Assembly: GCA_963766685.1 (NCBI GenBank)
Contig: CAVYBJ010000002.1
Location: forward strand, 22,257-86,256
Length of the DNA stretch: 64,000 nt
Direction: 5' to 3'
Source of the DNA: an uncultured Chloroflexia bacterium
GTDB taxonomy: Bacteria; Chloroflexota; Limnocylindria; Limnocylindrales; CSP1-4
Shown here: one piece after another, positions 59,151 to 64,000 of the stretch
How the letters are laid out: the number at the start of each line of letters is the position of its first letter
How positions within the stretch are numbered: position 1 is the stretch's first letter
Notes under the pieces: model-generated
Told to the model about the DNA's origin: nothing
Seen by the model: the letters and a program-made list of their open reading frames with translations, nothing else
Databases searched by the model: none
Program-made: the position numbers and the translations under genes

Positions 59151-60231
59151 ATGCCCGGACTCATCCACGTCGTCGGCGCGCGGCCCAACTTCATCAAGGC
59201 GGCCCCGGTCATCGCCGCCCTGCGCGCGGCGGGCGTCCCGCAGCGGCTCGTGCACACCGGCCAGCACTACGACCGCGCCATGTCCGACGTCTTCTTCGAG
59301 GAGCTGGGCCTGCCCGAGCCGGACCTCAACCTGGGCGTCGGGCTCCGGCAGCCACGGTACCCAGACGGCGGCCCTCCTGGTGGCCCTGGAGGAGGCCTTC
59401 CTGGCCGAGGCGCCCGACCGCGTCGTCGTCTACGGCGACGTCAACTCCACGCTGGCCGCCGCGCTCGTCTGCGCCAAGCTGCTCATCCCGGTGGCGCACG
59501 TGGAGGCCGGCCTGCGCTCCTTCGACCCGACCATGCCGGAGGAGGTCAACCGCCGCGTCACCGACCTGCTCAGCGACCCGCTCTTCGTGACGGCGCCGGA
59601 AGGCGAGGTCAACCTGGCCGCGGAGGGCATCAGCGGCGAGCGGGTCGTCTTCGTGGGCAACCCCATGATCGACACGCTGCTGGCGCACCTGGACCGCCTC
59701 GCATCCGGAGCCGGTCATGGCGCGGCTGGGCGTGACGGCCCCGTACGCGCGTGGCCACGCTGCACCGGCCGGCCAACGTGGACACGCCCGGCCGCCGCGG
59801 CCGCCCTCGTGGGCGCGCTGCGCGAGGCCACGCGGCGCCTGCCCGTCGTCCTGCCGCTCCACCCGCGCGGCCGCGCCACGCTGGCCGCGGCCGGGCTGGA
59901 GTACGTGCCCGGCCTGCGCGTCATCGACCCGCTCGGCTACGTCGACTTCCTGTCGCTCGTCCGCGGCGCGGCCGCCGTCATCACGGATTCGGGCGGCATC
60001 CAGGAGGAGACCACGGTCCTCGACGTGCCCTGCCTGACGCTGCGCCCCAACACGGAGCGGCCCATCACGCTCACGGCCGGCACCAACCGGCTGGTCACGC
60101 CGGAGGACCTGGGGCCCGCCCTGGACGCGGCCCTGGCCGGTGCCCAGCGGCGGCCCGGCGACGGGCCGCCGGGCTGGGACGGGCACGCCGGCGAGCGCAT
60201 CGCGGCCGTGCTCGTCGAGCGGGGCGCGTGA
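59151..60231 (+). pseudogene. wecB: UDP-N-acetylglucosamine 2-epimerase (non-hydrolysing), four +1 disruptions (~59340, ~59705, ~59750, ~59790)
   Basis: MPGLIHVVGARPNFIKAAPVIAAL...VHTGQHYDRAMSDVFFEELGLPEPDLNLGVG | SGSHGTQTAALL...VVYGDVNSTLAAAL...VAHVEAGLRSFD... | EPVMARLGVTAPYA | VATLHRPANVDTP | AAAAALVGAL...VLPLHPRG...ITDSGGIQEETT. Confidence 0.85.
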
Positions 60232-61353
60232 TGTCGGTGGCCGATCCTGCGCCCGCGGTCCGCCCGAGCCCCGGGGCCGTCCGCCCGCTGCGGGCCATCC
60301 TGCTGCCCTCCTACACGTGGAACCCCTACCAGCGTCTGCTGGCGGCCGCACTGCGGGAGCAGGGCGTGGAGGCCACGGTGGTCAGCGAGTGGCCGGAGCG
60401 ATCCCCGCTCGTGGGCGCCTGGCAGGCGCACGGCCGGCCGGACGTGGTGCACCTCCACTGGATCCACGACTTCCTGGGCGGCAGCAAGGGCCAGCCGTCG
60501 CGGCGCAACGTCCTCTGGTTCGACTGGCAGCTGCGCCTGCTCAAGGCGCGCGGCGTGCGCATCGTCTGGACCGTCCACAACCTCAAGGGCCACGAGGCCG
60601 GCGACGATCCCCGCGAGGCGGACGCCCACCGCGCCATCATCGAGCGCGCCGATGCGGTCATCCTCCACTGCCACCACGCCCGGGAGGCGCTCATCGAGCT
60701 GTATCGACCGAGCGCCGCGGCCCAGGCGCGGATGCACGTGGTGCCCCACGGCAGCTACGTGCGCCAGTACGACGTGGACGCCGACTCGGCCGCGGCCCGC
60801 GCGGGCGCTGGGCCTCCGGAGCGCGGCACCGTGCTTCGGCTTCGTGGGGTCCATCCGCGGCTACAAGGGCGTCGGCGAGCTCGTGGAGGCCTTCACCGCC
60901 TCCGGCGACCTGGGACCGGACGCCCGACTGCTCATCTGCGGCAAGCCGCTGCCGGCCAGGCTCGGGCCGCGAGCTGGAGGAGCGTGCCGCGGCCGACCCG
61001 CGCATCGTCCTGCGGCTGGAGCGCATCCCGGAGGAGGACCTCTCGCGCGTCCTGCGCGCGGCGGACGTGGTGGTGCTGCCCTTCCGCGACATCCTCACCT
61101 CCGGCAGCGCCATCCTGGCGCTCAGCCACGGGCGGCCCGTGGTCGTGCCTGCCCTGGGCTGCCTGCCGGAGACGCTGCCAGCGGAGGCCACCTTCCTCTA
61201 CGACCCGGATGACCCCGATGCCCTGGCGGCGCCCTGCATCGCGCGGCCGGCGCCGACCTGGCGGCCATGGGGGTCCGTGCGCGAGCCTGGGCGGATGGCC
61301 TCGACTGGGGGCCCATCGCGGCGGAGACGGCCCGACTGTACCGGGGCGGCTGA
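60231..61353 (+). pseudogene. GT4-family glycosyltransferase, three frame disruptions (~60810, ~60955, ~61230)
   Basis: ATG 60231 overlaps the wecB stop (TGATG). The N-terminal half is in the ORF 59751 frame (RAILLPSYTWNPYQRLL...VVHLHWIHDF...IVWTVHNLKGHE). It continues as FGFVGSIRGYKGVGELVEAF (60652 frame), then RIPEEDLSRVLRAADVVVLPFRDILTSGSAILALSHGRPVVVP (60140 frame), then LHRAAGADLAAMGVRAREWADGLDWGPIAAETARLYRGG, ending at TGA 61351. Confidence 0.7.
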
Positions 61354-61356
61354 CCC

Positions 61357-62384
61357 ATGCGCCGCCGGACCGCCGCCCGGGGACGAGCCGCTCTCCGTCG
61401 AGTCCTGCCCGGACGCCGTCGTCATGCCGGCCGTGCCCTACGCGCACCCCCGCCGGCAGACGGCCTTCCGGATGGGCGTCTTCGACGCCGAGGCCGCATC
61501 GTGCGCGGCAGCCTGCTGCAGCGCAGCTATGGACCAGGTCGGCTTCGCGCCCGACCCCCGGCGTCCGGTGGGCTCGATCCGCGCTCGGTCATCTTCGCCG
61601 GCCACCTCTCCTATCACTTCGGCCACTTCATCCTGGAGAGCCTGTCCGGCTCTGGTTCGCCGCGCAGCACCCGGAGCGGCCCATCGTCTGGGCCTGCCGG
61701 CCGGAGCCAGTCCCACCCCCCTGGCACGGCTGGCAACGCCAGGTCCTGGACGTGCTGGGCCTGCGCAACGAGGTCCTGCTGCTGACGGAGCCGACTCGCT
61801 TCCGCTCCGTCGATGTCCCGGAGCCGGGCTACCGCGTCAAGGACTTCTTCTCGCGCCAGCATGCCGACTTCCTGGCGGCCTACCCGGCGCGCCAGCGCGA
61901 CCCGGAGCTGCGCGTCTGGCTATCGCGCTCGGGCTCGGACTCCGAGTACCGCAGCCTCCACGCTCCTCGCCTCGAGCAAGAGTTGGCCGACCACGGCTGG
62001 AGCGTCATGCAGCCGGAGACGCTGCCGGTCAGCGCGCAGCTGGAGCTGCTGGCGACGGCGGGGCGGGTGGCCGGCGAGCAGGGCTCGGCCTTCCACCTCC
62101 TGGTGCTGCTGGCCGACGTCCATGGCCTGGAGGTGGACATCATCTGCCGTGATCCCGGCCGGCCGGCCGAGGAGCAGAACCAGAACTACCCGCTCATCGC
62201 GCAGGTGCGCGGCCTGCGGCAGCGCCTGCACGTCATCCCCGAGGAGCGTGTCCTGGCCAGCCAGGGGGCAAGGTCAGGAAGGACGCCACGACGCTGGCCG
62301 GCCACCTGGAGGCACTGGGGATCCCACGCACGGGGTCGGCCGCGCGCTCGGGGTCCGCCGCGACGGGCCGCCGCACGATCCTGA
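61357..62384 (+). pseudogene. GT61/DUF563-family glycosyltransferase, several frame disruptions; both ends uncertain
   Basis: VIFAGHLSYHFGHFILESLS | RLWFAAQHPERPIVW (1-nt deletion at ~61647, tccgg for tcccgg). ...LLLTEPTRFRSVDVPEPGYRVKDFF...RVWLSRSGSDSEYRSLHAPRLEQELADHGWSVMQPETLPVSAQLELLATAGRVAGEQGSAFHLLVLL. The C-terminus beyond ~62270 cannot be resolved. Confidence 0.55.
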
Positions 62385-62643
62385 CCCGGCAAGGACTGAC
62401 GGTCGGCCGCGCTCGTGGAACCGTGGCGGCCCAGCGCGGGTCGTCCACCCACGATGCCAGACGATCGCCGAGGTCGTCCACGGGGGCGGCCAGCGTCCCA
62501 GGAGCCCCTGCCGATCGCTGATCGGCTCTCGCGGTGGGACGAAGCGGCCTCGGAGGCCCCACGAAGCCCGTGCCGAGCGTCCCGCCGGTCGCTTGGCCTT
62601 CTGGGTGGGACACCCCGGGAGGGGCCGCCCGGGCCACCCGGCG

Positions 62644-63905
62644 TCACGCGCGGGTGGGCATCCGGTCTGAGGTCGTGGCTTCGGTCGCCGTGGGCTCGCC
62701 GCCGCCGCTGCCGCCCGCGTGCCCCGCATCCCGCCTCGTCTCCAGTCGCCGCCCGACCTGCCGCTGGCTCGCCGCTCGCCTTGACTGCGGCTCGGGTCGC
62801 GGCGCGCGCGGCAGCGCGGGCCTGGATGCGGGTCTTCACTTCTTCGAGCTCGGCGCGATCCTCGTCGTCCAGCTCGTCGTCGGCCAGGTCGTCCTGGCCT
62901 TCCGCGACGGTGACCAGGGTGCCTGCCTTGCGCGCCTTGCGGATGTCCACGAGGTCGACCTTGCCGTGCTTGACGAGCTGCTTCGCCTTGCGCTTCTGCT
63001 TCATGCGCCGCTCGGCGTCGTCCTCGTGCATGTCGGCGATCTCGTCCGGGCTGCCCTCGGCCACGATGTGGCCCTTGTCGAGCAGGATGGCGCGCGTGCA
63101 GAAGGCCATGATCCAGCTCATGTCGTGGGTGACCATCACGACCGCCTTGGCGGTCTGCAGCACCTCGGAGATGCGGACGCGGCTCTTCTCCTTGAACTTG
63201 TTGTCGCCGGTCTGGAGGACCTCGTCCAGGAGCAGGATGTCGGGGTCCACGGCCGTGGCGATGGAGAAACCCACGCGCGCTCGCATGCCGGAGGAGTACG
63301 TCTTCATGGGCGCGTCGATGAAGGCGCCGATGGCGGCGAAGGAGATGATGCCGGGCGTGATCTCCTCCATGAGCTTGTGGTCGATGCCCATCAGCGCGCC
63401 GGCGAGGGCGATGTTCTCGCGGCCGGAGAGCTCCGAGTCGAAGCCGGCCTGCAGGCTGAGCAGCGTGGAGACGTGGCCGTGCGCCTCGACCACGCCCTCC
63501 GAGGGTTGGATGATGCCGGCCAGCGCCAGCAGGAGGGTGGACTTGCCGCAGCCGTTGGGCCCAACGACGCCCACCGCCTCGCCGCGGCTGACGGTCAGGT
63601 TGACGCCGCGCAGCGCCCAGAAGTGACCCTTCCGCCTACGCCGCGGGTCAGCAGGGTGGCGAACGACGTCTGGAGCTTCGCCTTCTTGGTGAGGCTGAGG
63701 TTGTAGCGGATGCCCAGGTTCGTGGCCCGCAGCGCCATGGGGCCGGTGCCCACCGGCACGCGCAGCCCGAAGGTGCCTGGCTCCGGCGCCTCGTCGTCCG
63801 CGTCGTCCGCGTCGTCGACCAGCTGCGCCAGGGCCGCCTCGTCGAGGCGGCTGTCGTGTCGGCCGTCCTGCGTTCCGGCGCAAGGCCGGGCTCAGGGTCA
63901 CTCAT
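62644..63905 (-). pseudogene. polysaccharide/teichoic-acid-type ABC exporter ATPase (Wzt/TagH-like) with charged C-terminal extension; at least 2 frame disruptions (~63845, ~63640); alternative start ATG 63738; 3' end tentative
   Basis: MALRATNLGIRYNLSLTKKAKLQTSFATLLTRGVGGR | KGHFWALRGVNLTVSRGEAVGVVGPNGCGKSTLL...YSSGMRARVGFSIA...ILLLDEVL...MVTHD. This is followed by KQKRKAKQLVKHGKVDLVDIRKARK...DDLADDELDDEDRAELEEVKTRIQ. ATG 63905 overlaps the permease stop (ATGA). The stop at 62644-62646 is in the +1 frame. Confidence 0.75.
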
Positions 63906-64000
63906 AGGAGCTTCGCAAAGGCCGGCTCGAGCCGCTTGAAGATGATGGTGCCGATGACGACGAAGACCACGCCGGTCACGAAGATGAGGGCCAGCATCGG
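63902..64000 (-). CDS. ABC-2-type exporter permease (Wzm/TagG-like), 3' end only
   Basis: The reverse strand reads ...PMLALIFVTGVVFVVIGTIIFKRLEPAFAKLL* ending at TGA 63902-63904. This is a typical ABC-2 permease C-terminus, translationally coupled to the ATPase. Confidence 0.6.
   Translation of the reverse strand, partial: PMLALIFVTGVVFVVIGTIIFKRLEPAFAKLL

Noticed and set aside
62385-62643. Possible extra small gene or extended C-termini in the zone where the GT61 gene and the ABC ATPase converge. All three frames are open on both strands.
   Set aside because: The translations lose protein-like composition (Arg/Ser/Gly/Pro runs) in every frame, so I cannot support a feature. The true 3' ends of both flanking genes are simply unresolved because of the indel problem.
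1-64000. Programmed ribosomal frameshifting as an explanation for the split genes.
   Set aside because: There are about 50 events in unrelated genes, none at a recognisable slippery heptamer with a downstream structure. Many genes need several shifts, and none belongs to a family known to use recoding (no prfB, dnaX or IS elements here).

Overview
This is a high-GC (~72%) bacterial chromosomal segment. The gene content (GuaB3-type IMPDH paralog, Ppm1-like GT2, DUF360-AlkP fusion, PdxST, MreBC) and TAnnnT-type -10 boxes suggest an actinobacterium-like lineage; that is inference only. I can support about 60 genes, one tRNA-Thr(CGU), several short tandem repeats and a few hairpin terminators. 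I saw no rRNA, CRISPR array, transposase, integrase or prophage.

Contents from left to right:
- 0-9 kb: membrane adenylate cyclase, sthA, a PAS + MBL-hydrolase pair, ettA, a degraded MazF-like toxin, an unknown-protein + PfkB-kinase pair, and the tRNA.
- 8.9-11.8 kb: an internally duplicated 4-TM membrane gene and a DUF360/alkaline-phosphatase fusion.
- 11.9-19.9 kb: sugar oxidoreductase/isomerase, methyltransferase, Zn-ADH, aminotransferase, TauE/DUF1634.
- 20-26 kb: one long minus-strand array (HNH, cca, TPR, galE, ligase-like, glycerate kinase, nth).
- 26-35.7 kb: EAL, pdxS/pdxT, GNAT, R3H-AAA ATPase, tmk, GAF-GGDEF, threonine dehydratase.
- 35.8-49 kb: guaB3-like, acdS, BNR protein, DmpA peptidase, J-domain protein, guaA, Zn-ribbon membrane protein, CPBP protease, radC, mmsA.
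- 49.5-64 kb: mreB-mreC followed by a cell-envelope glycopolymer cluster (GT2, GT4 x2, GT61, S1 protease, DUF354, nucleotide-sugar dehydrogenase, wecB, ABC-2 exporter).

The dominant unusual signal is about 50 single-base frame disruptions in roughly half the genes. Most are +1 insertions, none that I reconstructed introduces a nonsense codon, and they are strongly clustered. This looks more like uncorrected assembly indels than ancient pseudogenes, but that needs read-level confirmation. I did not find a convincing complete novel defence or mobile system. The most interesting biological candidates are:
- a ligase-like protein lacking the catalytic motif residues,
- a 366-bp tandem duplication encoding a 4-TM module,
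- degenerate c-di-GMP domains,
- the DUF354-containing glycopolymer cluster,
- a J-domain protein with an uncharacterised C-terminal domain,
- a structured 470-bp non-coding gap.

Coordinates include stop codons, as in the ORF track. Frameshift positions are approximate, within about 5-10 nt.
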